Positions 48,520 to 63,028 of a DNA stretch of 64,000 nucleotides are shown piece after piece. The position numbers and the translations under genes were made by a program. How positions within the stretch are numbered: position 1 is the stretch's first letter; the number at the start of each line of letters is the position of its first letter. The notes under the pieces are model-generated. The model had not been told where the DNA came from and searched no databases. It saw only the letters and a program-made list of their open reading frames with translations. Location of the stretch: positions 640,001 through 704,000 of the forward strand of contig CAVYBH010000012.1 of NCBI GenBank assembly GCA_963766715.1, in the 5' to 3' direction. The stretch comes from an uncultured delta proteobacterium (lineage in GTDB: Bacteria > Myxococcota > Myxococcia > Myxococcales > Anaeromyxobacteraceae).

Positions 48520-49052
48520 GGCTTCCTCCCCTGGCGCACCACGACCGAGTCCTCGGCGGCTCCGTTCTCCCGCCACCGGACCTGCACGTCGTCCCCTTCC
48601 GGAACGTCGATCCGGGCTCCGGCGAAGTCGGCGGCGATGGGCAGCTCGCGGCCCCCGCGATCGACGAGGACCGCCAGCCAGACCCGGCGCGGGCGCCCGA
48701 AGTCGACCAGCTCGTCGAGGGCGGCCCGGATGGTGCGACCGGTGTAGAGGACGTCGTCGGTGAGCACGATGGTCCGGCCCTCCAGCGGGAAGCGGACGTC
48801 GGTGGGACCCACCACCGGCGCCGCGCCGCGCTGGGACAGGTCGTCCCGGTAGAGCGCGATGTCGAGCGTTCCCAGCGGGGGCGTCACCCCGGTGGAACGC
48901 GCGATCTCGGCGCGGAGGCGCTCGGCGAGCGGGACCCCGCCGCGGCGGATCCCCACCAGCGCCAGCCCTTCCGGCGAGCCCAGCGCCCGGGCCCGATCCA
49001 GCACCTCGTGCGCGATCCGCTCCACCGCCCTCTGCACGGCCTCGGCGTTCAT
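48516..49052 (-). CDS. pyrR: PyrR pyrimidine operon regulator / uracil phosphoribosyltransferase
   Basis: [37 protein letters not shown]. Confidence 0.93.
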   Translation of the reverse strand: MNAEAVQRAVERIAHEVLDRARALGSPEGLALVGIRRGGVPLAERLRAEIARSTGVTPPLGTLDIALYRDDLSQRGAAPVVGPTDVRFPLEGRTIVLTDDVLYTGRTIRAALDELVDFGRPRRVWLAVLVDRGGRELPIAADFAGARIDVPEGDDVQVRWRENGAAEDSVVVRQGRKP

Positions 49053-49074
49053 GTCTCCCCGTTCCCCTTCCCTC

Positions 49075-49567
49075 TCAACGAGACGGTCCCCAGTCCGCAC
49101 GCGTCAGGTCCATGGTCAGGTCCACCCGGTACACCCGCTCCAGGCGGCGATCGAGCCAGGGCAGCTCGAGGGTGCGCGGGTACTCGAACTCGACGTGGAG
49201 GGAGGGCGGCTGCGTCGTGCGCTCCCAGACCACGTCGCGGGCCGTGAGGTCGATGACCGGGGTCCTCACCCGGCGCCCGGCCTCGTCCACGCCGTCGACC
49301 GACTGGAGGAACCGGATCCTGGTCAGCATGCCCTCGAGCAGGGCCGCGTCGTCCGGGTTCTTCACCGCCTGGTTGCCGTAGTCCCGCACCACCTGCTTCA
49401 CCTCGTAGTGGAGCACCATCGCGGGGCCGAACACCATCGACCGCGTACGCCCCCGCCGCCACCGCCAGGACGAGCACCAGCGTCACCCAGCTCACCCCTC
49501 CGCGTTCTAGCCGCTTCCGGCGGGCGAGGAAAGCGCGCAACTGGGGCTCTCGCGGCGACGGCGCCAT
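49075..49567 (-). CDS. Hypothetical membrane-anchored protein with pilin-like N-terminal helix (DUF4845-like; frameshift near 49438)
   Basis: ERGGVSWVTLVLVLAVAAGAY hydrophobic segment; lies directly downstream of lepA. Confidence 0.5.
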
Positions 49568-49569
49568 GG

Positions 49570-51375
<1,806 letters not shown>

Positions 51376-51548
51376 CGGGTCGGGGCTTTCTAGCACGCGC
51401 ACCTGACCCGAGCACCCCCCGCGACATCGGCGATGACGCCTTGCGTCACGCGTTCAGGGTACGCTCGTAGGGGGAACCCTTCGTGGGGCGTGTCGAGGAG
51501 TCGGACGGCCCATGCCTACACGAACGGACATCCTGGATCTGGCCGAAT

Positions 51549-51596
51549 TTACCGTATTTGGTGTCTGTCAAGACCATACACCACAATATATTGTGG
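51549..51596. promoter_or_regulatory. Tandem NrdR boxes
   Basis: Perfect palindrome CCACAATATATTGTGG (51581-51596) and a degenerate TTACCGTATTTGGTGT (51549-51564) 32 bp upstream; both fit acaCwAtATaTwGtgt and lie upstream of the RNR gene. Confidence 0.85.
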
Positions 51597-51604
51597 TTAC
51601 CGCC

Positions 51605-51632
51605 TTGACTCCTGATTGGTCGCCGATATCGT
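51605..51632 (+). promoter_or_regulatory. Putative sigma70 promoter of nrdJ
   Basis: TTGACT-N16-TATCGT immediately downstream of the NrdR box. Confidence 0.5.
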
Positions 51633-51838
51633 TCGCCCTCGCCGCCGCAGTCCATCGTCGGACGTGGCGGCGGTCGAGAGGCGGCGGGGGGCGCGAGCGC
51701 TCCCGTGTCAGAGGCGACGGGTAGAGCCTCCGGTCCACCCCGCGGTGGACGCGGTGGCCAGGGCAAGGAAACAACGGGGCCGGACGGAGACGTTCCGGGC
51801 CCACGCAGGCCGGTAGAGGGCCGGTCGGGAGGTCGGAG

Positions 51839-54628
<2,790 letters not shown>

Positions 54629-54663
54629 GCCACCGGCGCGCGATCGCGCGTCCCGGATGAACG

Positions 54664-54699
54664 AAGGGCGCCGGGTCTCCCCGGCGCCCTTTCTCGTTT
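54664..54699 (+). terminator. Intrinsic terminator after nrdJ
   Basis: AAGGGCGCCGGG-TCTC-CCCGGCGCCCTT stem followed by TCTCGTTT. Confidence 0.75.
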
Positions 54700-54718
54700 C
54701 GTCAGGACTCGGCCGCCG

Positions 54719-55072
54719 TCAGTCGCTGACGACGATCTTGCCGCCACCCATGCCCATGGCCGTGCAGTGGAAGGCCTCCACGCCCGCCTTGGCCGGCGTG
54801 ATGGTGATGGCGACCGCCTTGTCGAGCGGGAGCTGGAAGTTCTTCACCTTCTCGGCGGGGATGTCGACCGCCTTGATGCAGGTCCGCTCGGTCGTGCGCA
54901 GGAAGCTGAGCGTGACCGGCTGCCCCTTCTTCACCTGGATCTCGCGCGGCTCGAAGCCGGCGTCGGTGACCTTGATCTCGATGGTCTTCCCCGCGGCGGG
55001 AGCGGGGGTCGCCTTGTCCGCGGCCAGGACGGGCAACGCGACGAGCAGGGCGAGCAGGGCGGCCTTCTTCAT
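54719..55072 (-). CDS. Exported cupredoxin-like domain protein
   Basis: Signal peptide; IKVTDAGFEPREIQVKKGQPVTL, TC...FHCTAMGM. Confidence 0.8.
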   Translation of the reverse strand: MKKAALLALLVALPVLAADKATPAPAAGKTIEIKVTDAGFEPREIQVKKGQPVTLSFLRTTERTCIKAVDIPAEKVKNFQLPLDKAVAITITPAKAGVEAFHCTAMGMGGGKIVVSD

Positions 55073-55138
55073 GTGGGGAATCCTCCAGTGTGGGTCGGGA
55101 GAACATCATAGCGGCGGACGGGATTCCCGCGAGGAAGC

Positions 55139-58100
55139 TCAGTGGAAGTTCCTCGGGGTGGTCCCGACGGGGTCGACCGGCGAGAGCGGGAGCAACTCGC
55201 GGACCTGGAGGTTCACCACCCTTCCGGTACGCTCCACCCGGCCCCGGGCGATGAGGAAGGGGGCGCCGCGCACCAGCGGGCGGAAGCGCTCGTAGACGTC
55301 GGGCATCACCACCAGGTTGGCGATGCCGGTCTCGTCCTCCAGGGAGACGAAGGTGATCCCCCTCGCGGTCTCCGGGCGCTGCCGGACGATGACGATGCCG
55401 CCCACCTCCACCGGGGCCCTGTCGCGCAGCCGGGAGAGCTCCCGCGCCGTCCGGGCCCCGCGGGCCGAGAGCGCCGCCCGGAGGAAGGAGACCGGGTGGG
55501 CCTTCTCGGAGAGGCCGGTGGCCGCGTAGTCCCGGGCCACCTCCTCGGCCGCCGCTGGCTCGGGGAGGGAGGCCGGGGGCTCGGGCGGGAGGCGCCCGGC
55601 GAAGAGGTCGGCCTCGTCCCCCGGCGCGAGCCCGAGCGCCGTCCAGAGCGCGGCCCGCCGCCCGGGAGCCAGCGAGCGCAGCGCCCCCGCCTCGGCGAGG
55701 CGCGCCAGCCAGGCCCGGGACAGCCTCGCCCGGCGCGCCAGGTCCTCCACCGAGGAGAAGGGCGAGTCCCGCCGCGCCGCGAGCAGCGCCTCGCCCACCG
55801 CGTGCGGCAACCCGCGGATGCGCGAGAGCCCGAGGCGCAGCGCCGGCCGCTCCCCGGGCCCCGCCGCCACCCCTTCCCCGGGCCCCTCCAGCGTGCATTC
55901 CCAGTCACTGTGGACGGCGTCCACGCCCCGCACCTCCACCCCGTGCCGCTTGGCGTCCTCCACCAGCGTATGGGGGGCGTAGAAGCCCATGGGCTGGCTG
56001 TCGAGCAGCGCGGCGGCGAAGGCCGCCGGGTGGTGACACTTCACCCAGGCCGACGCGTAGACCAGCAGCGCGAAGGAGGCCGCGTGCGATTCCGGGAAGC
56101 CGTAGCCGGCGAAGCCGTGGAGCTGCTGGAGGATGGCGTCGGCGTCGGCGCGCGGGATCCCCCGCTCCGCCATCCCGGCCACGAGCCGATCCCGCATCTC
56201 CTCGATCCGCTGGTGGGATCGCTTGTGGGTCATGGCCCTGCGCAGCTCGTCGGCCTCGCCGGGGGTGTAGCCGGCCGCCACCACCGCGAGCCGCATGGCC
56301 TGCTCCTGGAAGAGCGGGATGCCGAGCGTGCGCTCCAGCACGGCCCGCAGCGGCTCGTACGGATAGTGGACCTCCTCCAGGCCGTCGCGACGCCGCAGGA
56401 AGGGGTGGACCATCCCCCCCTGGATGGGGCCGGGGCGGATGATGGCCACCGAGATGACCAGGTCGTAGAAGCGGCGGGGCCGCAACCGGGGGAGCAGGGA
56501 CATCTGCGCGCGCGACTCGATCTGGAAGACCCCGATGGTGTCGGCCCGCGAGATCATCTCGTAGACCGCCGGCTCCTCGGCGGGGATGGTGGCGAGCGAG
56601 CCGGGATGGGGCACGGCGGTCTCTCCGGCGGGCGCCGGCCGGTGGCGCGCGAGGAGCACCAGGCTCCGGGAGAGCGCGGTCAGCATGCCCAGCGCGAGCA
56701 GGTCCACCTTGAGGAGCCCCAGCTCGGCGAGGTCGTCCTTGTCCCACTGGACCACCGTGCGCCCGGCCATCGCCGCCGGCTGCACCGGCACGGTCTCGAC
56801 GAGCGGCCGGCGGGTGATGACGAAGCCCCCCACGTGGATGGAGAGGTGGCGCGGGAAGCCGGCGATCTCCGCCGCCAGCCGCAGGGCGTGGCGAACCGCC
56901 GGCGAGCCCTGGGGATCGAGGCCGGCCTGCTCGAGCACCGCCGGCGGGATCTCGCCGGCCGCGTCGTGGCTCCCCACCAGCTTCGACAGCCGGTCCACCT
57001 GGTCGGGCGCGAGGCCGAGCGCCTTGCCCACGTCGCGGATGGCCGAGCGGGCCCGGTAGCTGATGACCTCGCAGACCATGCCGGCCCGGTCCCGCCCGTA
57101 GCGCTCGTAGACGTACTGGATGACCTCCTCGCGCCGCTCGTGCTCGAAGTCGACGTCGATGTCGGGCGGCTCGCCCCGCTCCGCCGAGAGGAAGCGCTCG
57201 AAGAGCAGCCCCGAGCGCACCGGGTCGATGGAGGTGATGCCGAGCACGAAGCACACGGCCGAGTTGGCCGCGCTGCCGCGTCCCTGGCAGAGGATGCCGC
57301 GCTCGCGGGCGAAGCGGACCAGGTCCCAGACGGTGAGGAAGTAGCTCTCGTAGCCGAGCTGCTCGACGAGGGCGAGCTCGCGGGCGAGCTGCCGGTCCAC
57401 GTCGGGCGGCGCCGCGCCGCCGTACCGCCAGCGCGTTCCCTCCCGCACCAGGCGGCGGAGCAGGTCCATCCCGCCCACCGGCCCGGTCCCCTCCCCGCCC
57501 GGAGCGGCCCCGTCCACGAGCACCGGCGGGAGGGGGTGCTCGCCGCGGATCTCGTCGAGCCGGAAGGCGCAGCCGGCGGCGATCCCGGCGGCCGCCTCGA
57601 GCCCCTCGGGGAAGTCGGCCCACAGGCGCGCCATCTCCTCGGGGCCCTTCAGGGTTCGCTCGGCGTTGGGGAAGAGGCGGCGCCCCACCCGGTCCACGGA
57701 GGTTCCGAGGCGGACGCAGGTGAGGACGTCCTGCAGCGGCTGGCGGCGGCGGTCGTGGGTATGGACGTCGTTCACCACCGCCACGGTGATCCCGAGCCGG
57801 CGCCCCACGCTGCGCACCGCGGCGATGCGCGCCTCCTCGCCCGCCGCGCGGTGGCGCGACACCACGAGGGCGAGCCGTCTCCCGAAGGCCTCCCGGAGCC
57901 GGACCGCCGCGTCGGCATCGGCGCCGCCGTGGAGGGCGAAGAGCCCGCGGGCCCGCTCGGCCACCGCCAGGAAGGGGAGCCGCGCCTCGACGCCCGGCCC
58001 CCCCTGGTGCGCCTCGGTGAGCAGGCGGCAGAGCCCGGCGTAGCCCTCGCGATCCACGGCCAGCAGCGTCACGCTCGCGGCACCGGGGCCGAGGCCGTCG

Positions 58101-58312
58101 CAGGTCACCTCGGCGCCGACGACGAGCGGGATGCCGCGCTTGCGGGCCCGGGCATGGGCCCGAACCACGCCGTAGAGGCCATGGCGATCGGCGAGTGCCA
58201 GCGCCTCGAGCCCCAGGTCGGCGGCGCGGTCCACCAGTTCCTCGGGGTGGCTCGCTCCCTCCAGGAAGGAGAAGTTGGAGCGGCAGCGCAGCTCGGCGTA
58301 GCGGGGCGCCAT
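55139..58312 (-). CDS. dnaE2: Error-prone DNA polymerase DnaE2 (ImuC)
   Basis: YAEL.C.SNFSFLEGASHPEEL, GRGSAANS, PPDIDVDF, YGFPESHA, QPMGFYAP, C-terminal RNFH motif. Confidence 0.95.
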   Translation of the reverse strand: MAPRYAELRCRSNFSFLEGASHPEELVDRAADLGLEALALADRHGLYGVVRAHARARKRGIPLVVGAEVTCDGLGPGAASVTLLAVDREGYAGLCRLLTEAHQGGPGVEARLPFLAVAERARGLFALHGGADADAAVRLREAFGRRLALVVSRHRAAGEEARIAAVRSVGRRLGITVAVVNDVHTHDRRRQPLQDVLTCVRLGTSVDRVGRRLFPNAERTLKGPEEMARLWADFPEGLEAAAGIAAGCAFRLDEIRGEHPLPPVLVDGAAPGGEGTGPVGGMDLLRRLVREGTRWRYGGAAPPDVDRQLARELALVEQLGYESYFLTVWDLVRFARERGILCQGRGSAANSAVCFVLGITSIDPVRSGLLFERFLSAERGEPPDIDVDFEHERREEVIQYVYERYGRDRAGMVCEVISYRARSAIRDVGKALGLAPDQVDRLSKLVGSHDAAGEIPPAVLEQAGLDPQGSPAVRHALRLAAEIAGFPRHLSIHVGGFVITRRPLVETVPVQPAAMAGRTVVQWDKDDLAELGLLKVDLLALGMLTALSRSLVLLARHRPAPAGETAVPHPGSLATIPAEEPAVYEMISRADTIGVFQIESRAQMSLLPRLRPRRFYDLVISVAIIRPGPIQGGMVHPFLRRRDGLEEVHYPYEPLRAVLERTLGIPLFQEQAMRLAVVAAGYTPGEADELRRAMTHKRSHQRIEEMRDRLVAGMAERGIPRADADAILQQLHGFAGYGFPESHAASFALLVYASAWVKCHHPAAFAAALLDSQPMGFYAPHTLVEDAKRHGVEVRGVDAVHSDWECTLEGPGEGVAAGPGERPALRLGLSRIRGLPHAVGEALLAARRDSPFSSVEDLARRARLSRAWLARLAEAGALRSLAPGRRAALWTALGLAPGDEADLFAGRLPPEPPASLPEPAAAEEVARDYAATGLSEKAHPVSFLRAALSARGARTARELSRLRDRAPVEVGGIVIVRQRPETARGITFVSLEDETGIANLVVMPDVYERFRPLVRGAPFLIARGRVERTGRVVNLQVRELLPLSPVDPVGTTPRNFH

Positions 58313-58320
58313 CGTGCTCC

Positions 58321-59835
58321 TCAGTCGAAGAAGCCGTGCAGCCAGAGCCGGCCGTCGCGCCCGTCGCGGTAGATCCACACCTCGCCCAGCCCGTCGAGCC
58401 GGGCGCGGAAGTAGTCGCGGTCGAAGGGCTCGCTCCACCACTCGCCGGCGAGCCGCTCCGGCCCGGAGAGGGAGAGGACGGCACGGACTCCCCCGTCCAC
58501 GCGGAGCGCAGAGAGCCGTCCTCCCTCCCCCAGTGCGACCACCGGCCGCGGCGGGTCGACGAGGCGCGTGGGGCGCCCGGCCGGCGGTTCCGTCTCCTCG
58601 GGGCCGGCGCGCCGATCCGCACCCGACCGCCGGAACGGGGTGGCCCGGTAGGCCGCCTCGGGCCGGTACCGATCGGCCGACTCGGCGGCGAAGAGGGCCC
58701 CGTCGCCGAGCCGGGCCGCGAGCCGCGAGAGGGCCACCTCGAGCGCACGCGCCACCTCCGGACAATCGCCCACGGCGAGTTGCTCCGCCGGGACCTCGGC
58801 CGCCTCCACCACCGAGAGGTCGAGGCCGCGAACCGGCGCGGGGAGCCGCAGCCGCCCGAGCCGCTCCCGGAGCGGAACCATCCAGGATCCCACCTCGGCG
58901 CCCGGGCGGGCGAGCGGCAGGTCGATGCGCTCCTCGCCGCGAGGCTCGAGGAAGAGCGTGAGCCGGAGCCGGCTCGCCCCGAGCCCGCGTCCGGCGAGCC
59001 GGGTCGCCACGCGGTCGGCGAGCCGCTTCACCGCGAAGAGCAGCGGCTCCGTGCTCTCGATCACGCCCACGTCGCTCCCGTCGAGGTCCCAGCGCTCGCG
59101 CGGGAAGGTCTCCGGAGCGAAGGGGACGAGCGGGCGCGCGTCGTCGCCGCGGGCCAGCCGCGCGGCCCCCGCTCCGGCCGCGCCGAAGCGGTGGACGAGC
59201 GTCTCGACTGGCAGTGCGGCCAGCGACCCGACCCGGGTGACGCCCACGGCGGCGAGCCAGCGCACCACCTCGGACGGCAGATCGAGCGCCGCGAGGGGCA
59301 GGGAGGCGAGCGCGACGGCCCCCGCCCCCGGCGCCGCCCGCGTCCGCTCCCGGCCCGCGTGGCGGGCGAGCGCCAGCGCCACCCCCTTGCCGTCGGCCAC
59401 CGCCACGCGCCCCGAGTAGCCCATGTCGCGGCAGAGCCCGATCGCTCCCTCGGCCAGCAGGCGCTCCGAGCCCTCGGCGTCCATCCCTGCCAGGCGCGCG
59501 CCGGTGGCGTCGAGGAGCAGCGCGTCCGGGGAGGCCAGCTCGACGACGGGGGAGATGGCCATGAGCGCCTCGGCCAGCGCGCGCAGCGCGGCCCGGTCGG
59601 CGGCGGGGTCGAGGGGCTCGGCGATCATCGAGGCGCAGGCCGCCCGCGCCTGGGTGAGCGAGTCGCCCGGTCGAACCCCGGCGGCGAGCGCCGGCGTGCT
59701 GGCGTGCCACACCACTCCCTCCGACACGACGCCCACCGGCCCGGTGGCAGGACGGGTGCGCAGGATGCGCTGCAGCGGCAGCGCAGGGACGACGAGCGCG
59801 AGGACGCGCGAGGTCCCTCGCCCCTCAGGCGCCAC
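58321..59835 (-). CDS. imuB: ImuB, catalytically inactive Y-family polymerase
   Basis: AGVRPG..LTQARA, DALLLDATG, GPERLAGEWW...RDYF...WLHGFFD. Confidence 0.88.
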   Translation of the reverse strand: MAPEGRGTSRVLALVVPALPLQRILRTRPATGPVGVVSEGVVWHASTPALAAGVRPGDSLTQARAACASMIAEPLDPAADRAALRALAEALMAISPVVELASPDALLLDATGARLAGMDAEGSERLLAEGAIGLCRDMGYSGRVAVADGKGVALALARHAGRERTRAAPGAGAVALASLPLAALDLPSEVVRWLAAVGVTRVGSLAALPVETLVHRFGAAGAGAARLARGDDARPLVPFAPETFPRERWDLDGSDVGVIESTEPLLFAVKRLADRVATRLAGRGLGASRLRLTLFLEPRGEERIDLPLARPGAEVGSWMVPLRERLGRLRLPAPVRGLDLSVVEAAEVPAEQLAVGDCPEVARALEVALSRLAARLGDGALFAAESADRYRPEAAYRATPFRRSGADRRAGPEETEPPAGRPTRLVDPPRPVVALGEGGRLSALRVDGGVRAVLSLSGPERLAGEWWSEPFDRDYFRARLDGLGEVWIYRDGRDGRLWLHGFFD

Positions 59836-60480
59836 GGCCGCTCTCCTCCCCGGGCACGGCGTGGAGCACCGGCAAGGACCGGACGCCGTCGAGGTCGATC
59901 CGGAGCGCCGCCGGGATGGCAGGCCCCCCCGAGGCGGCGAGCAGGAGGGCCACCGACCCGCCCTTCTCCGCCGCCGACCGGAGTCGCCGCAGCATGGCCT
60001 CGGCCCGCGACGCGGGCAGGGCGTGCAGGGGGACGTCAATCGCCACGGCACCGAAGGCCCCGCTCGCGAGCAGGACCTCGGCGGCCCAGAGACCGGGCGT
60101 GGCCGCATCCCTCGCAGCGCGATCGCCGCCGCGCCGGCCCACGCTCCGGCCGAACGATGAGCAACCGGGCGAGGTCGACCCCCAGCGCGAGCGCCGCCGG
60201 CGGGTAGAACTCGCCGCGCCCGTCGACGAAGGCAGCCAGCGACCCGCCGGCCTGCGCCTCCCGGAGCACCCGCAGGGCGACGCCGGTCTTGCCACTGGCC
60301 GGGCCACCCGAGAGCGCGGAGAGGGCACCGCGAGGGAAACCGCCTCCGGGGAGCAGCGCATCCACCTCGGGGCGGCCGCTCGCGAGCAAGCCCTCGCGAC
60401 GCGCCGGACGCCGCTCGATGCGGCGGAATCTGGCGGCGGAGATCCTCGAGGACTTCCTGCTGGCGGGTGGCGGCGCCCAT
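59825..60480 (-). CDS. imuA: ImuA RecA-like protein (2 frameshifts)
   Basis: SGRPEVDALLPGGGFPRGAL, Walker A GGPASGKT, FVDG..FYPPA...GVDLARLLIVR, LWAAE. Confidence 0.85.
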
Positions 60481-60489
60481 GGCTCACGT

Positions 60490-60517
60490 CCTGAACGATA
60501 CTGCTCGTTCGTTCAGG
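60490..60517. promoter_or_regulatory. LexA (SOS) box, Myxococcus-type
   Basis: CTGCTCGTTCGTTCAGG (60501-60517) matches CTRHAMRYBYGTTCAGS at 16 of 17 positions; an extra CCTGAAC half-site at 60490; directly upstream of imuA. Confidence 0.8.
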
Positions 60518-60577
60518 TAGCAAGCCGGTCTGACAGCGCTCTCCGGGGCGCCCGGGAAGTGCGGGAACGGCGAGGCG

Positions 60578-60970
60578 TTACGCCTGCGCCTCGCCCTTCT
60601 CCTTCGACTTTTCCTCCGCGGCGATCTCCGCGCGCACCTTGTCCATGTCCAGGTCGCGGGCCTTCTGGATGAGCTCCTCGAGAGCCGCCTCGGGAAGCGC
60701 GCCGGGCTGCGAGAAGAGCAGGATCTTGTCGCGAAGGATCATGAGCGTCGGGATCGACATGATCTGGAACGAGGCGGCGAGCCCCTGCTGCTCCTCCGTG
60801 TTCACCTTGGCGAAGGTGACGTCGGGGTGACGCCCCGCGACCTTCTCGTAGGTGGGGCCGAAGACGCGGCAGGGGCCGCACCAGGGCGCCCACCAGTCGA
60901 CGAGGACGAGCCCGTCCTTCTCCACGACCTCCTTGAAGTTCGAATCGGTCACGTCCACGGTCGGCTTCAT
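60578..60970 (-). CDS. trxA: Thioredoxin
   Basis: VDWWAPWCGPCR, SIPTL. Confidence 0.92.
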   Translation of the reverse strand: MKPTVDVTDSNFKEVVEKDGLVLVDWWAPWCGPCRVFGPTYEKVAGRHPDVTFAKVNTEEQQGLAASFQIMSIPTLMILRDKILLFSQPGALPEAALEELIQKARDLDMDKVRAEIAAEEKSKEKGEAQA

Positions 60971-61094
60971 CTGGGATTCCTCGTGGGGGGGCGCCGTCCA
61001 TCGGCGCAGGCCCCTGCCTCTCCTTGGAGCCGTAACGGCGCGAAGCGGTTCGCGCCACGGCGGCGCCTTGACGGCCCGAGGCTGCCGCCCTTAG

Positions 61095-61421
61095 ATGCGA
61101 CGCATGGAAGCCCGGGGCCCGAGGGGAAGGCGGCGCACGCTCGCCGGCGTGGTGGCGGAGTCGCTCGCGCGCCAGCCGTCGGCACGGCGCCCGGCCGCCG
61201 CCGCGGCCTTCGCCGAGGCCTGCGGATGGCCGCTCTCGCGGGAGCTCACGGTGCGCGGACTGGGCCCCGACGGCCACCTCTGGGTGGTGGCGTCGTCGCC
61301 CGAGTGGGCCCGGCAGGTGGAAGGGCTCGCCGCCGAGATCATCGCCCGCGTGAACGACCGGCTGGGGCGCCCCGCCGTGAACGCACTCGACGTCCGGGTG
61401 CAGCGGGACCGGAGGGGATGA
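61095..61421 (+). CDS. DUF721/DciA-like protein
   Basis: G.LWVVASSPEWARQV....EIIARVNDRLG..V..L pattern. Confidence 0.6.
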   Translation: MRRMEARGPRGRRRTLAGVVAESLARQPSARRPAAAAAFAEACGWPLSRELTVRGLGPDGHLWVVASSPEWARQVEGLAAEIIARVNDRLGRPAVNALDVRVQRDRRG

Positions 61422-62567
61422 CCGCCGGGGCCCTGCCCCTCGCCGCGCTCCTCGCCGTCCTCGGCGCGCCGCCCGGCCAGGCCAGCTCCGCCGCCGGAGC
61501 CGACCCGGATCCTTCCACCCGGCTCGACCCGCTGGAGGCGGCCGCCCTCGCCCGGGTCCGGGCCTCGCTCCCGCAGCGGACGGTGCCGGCGCTCTCCGAG
61601 CCGCTCGTGCGGGCCGCCCGCTCGCTGGCAGGCCGAGCCGCCCGCGGAGAGCCCCGTCCCCTCTCCTCCTCGGCCCTGCGAGCGGCCCTGGCCGAGGCCG
61701 GGGTCCTGGATCCGGCCCCCGCCGCCGTCCTGCTCGCGGCCCGGAACGCCTCGCTCCCCGAGGCGCTGGCCGCCGCGGCGCGCTTTCGCGGCGCGACGCA
61801 CATCGGGATCGGCGTCGTCTCCCGGGACGGCGTGGCCTGGGCCGTGCTCCTCGCCTCCGAGCGGCGCGCCGAGCTCGGGCCCTTTCCACGGCAGGTGAGG
61901 CCCGGCGAGCAGGTGACGCTGCGCGGGCGCCTGCTCGGCCTCACGTCACCGCGGGTCTACGTCGCGACGCCGTCGGGCGCCGCCCACGAGCTGCCGGTGC
62001 GGGAGGAGGCCGGCACGTTCGCCGCCGACGTCCGCTTCGAGGAGCCCGGGACCTGGCGCGTGGAGGTGGGCGGAGACGGACCGCGCGGCCCGACGGTGGC
62101 CGCGGTGCTGGAGGTGCGGTGCGGGGACGGACCGGCGCCCGCCGCGCCGCCGGACGAGCCGGATCCCCCGGACGCCGAGGCGTGGATCGCCGCGGCCCTC
62201 GACGCGCTCCGGGCGGGACAGGGGCTCCCGCCGCTCCGGAGAATCGGCGCAACTCGACGAGCAGGCCCGCCGCCACGCCTCGGCCATGCTCGCCGCCGGA
62301 ACCGTGGCGCACCGGGTGGAGGGGGGCGGCGACGTGGGGTCCCGCGTCGCGGCCGCTGGCCTCGACTACCGCTCCGTGCGCGAGAACGTGGCCCGCGGCA
62401 GCGGCGCCCTCGACGCCCACCGCGCGATCGTGGAGAGCCCGGCGCACCTGGCGAACGTCCTCGCCCCGGGGGCCTCGCTGCTGGGTGTGGGGATCGCCCG
62501 AGGAACCCTTCCGGGCGGGCAACCGGTGACCTACCTGACCGAGATCCTGGTGGAGCCCCGCGAATGA
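61418..62567 (+). CDS. Exported CAP (SCP-like) domain protein (frameshift near 62240)
   Basis: Signal peptide; ATHIGIG, R..QGLPPL, RHASAM, ENVA, ESPAHLANVL, LGVGI. Confidence 0.75.
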
Positions 62568-62616
62568 GCCCGGCCGGCCCGAGGCCGCCCGGGAACCGCC
62601 GGCGCCACCCGACCTG

Positions 62617-62841
62617 CTAGGACAGGCGGCGCTGCGTCGCGTAGTTCTCGATGCTCGACTCGATCTGCGGCTGGATCGCGAACAGCGTACAGCGCGTGCA
62701 CGTCCAGCTGTTCCACGCCCGCTTCACGGCCTCGTCGAGGCAGGTGTCGTAGTTGCCGCAGAAGAGGTTGCGATGCCCCTCCACTCCCCTCTCGGGGTTG
62801 ATGGGGGCGGTGAGCTCGGATGGCGTGGGCTTGCTGAACAA
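62617..62841 (-). CDS. Small 4-Cys hypothetical protein (CxxYxxC...CxxC)
   Basis: TTG start preceded by AAGGGAG; HRNLFCGNYDTCLDEAVKRAWNSWTCTRC. Confidence 0.7.
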   Translation of the reverse strand: MFSKPTPSELTAPINPERGVEGHRNLFCGNYDTCLDEAVKRAWNSWTCTRCTLFAIQPQIESSIENYATQRRLS

Positions 62842-62953
62842 GGAGTTCTCCTTCCGTGCACGTCTCGCTTCGGGACTTCCAATCGGTCCAACAGTGAATC
62901 CCGGCGGTTATGCGCTCCGCCACGGAGGGGTGTCAACCCCCCGTCCCCGCACG

Positions 62954-63028
62954 ATTTGCCGGCTCGAAACGAAACATTTTCGCGCCTCTTTTCAGCTATT
63001 TGCGCCGTTTTTTCCCTCGATTTGCGCA
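62954..63028. repeat. Four degenerate direct repeats (ATTTGCGC-like) at exact 22-bp spacing
   Basis: ATTT starts at 62954, 62976, 62998 and 63020. Confidence 0.6.

Noticed and set aside
51443..51460. GTTCAGG LexA half-site upstream of lepA
   Set aside because: The left half does not match the CTRHAM consensus.
51633..51838. Cobalamin riboswitch upstream of nrdJ
   Set aside because: No B12-box or GGGAA/ACTG core is recognisable by eye.
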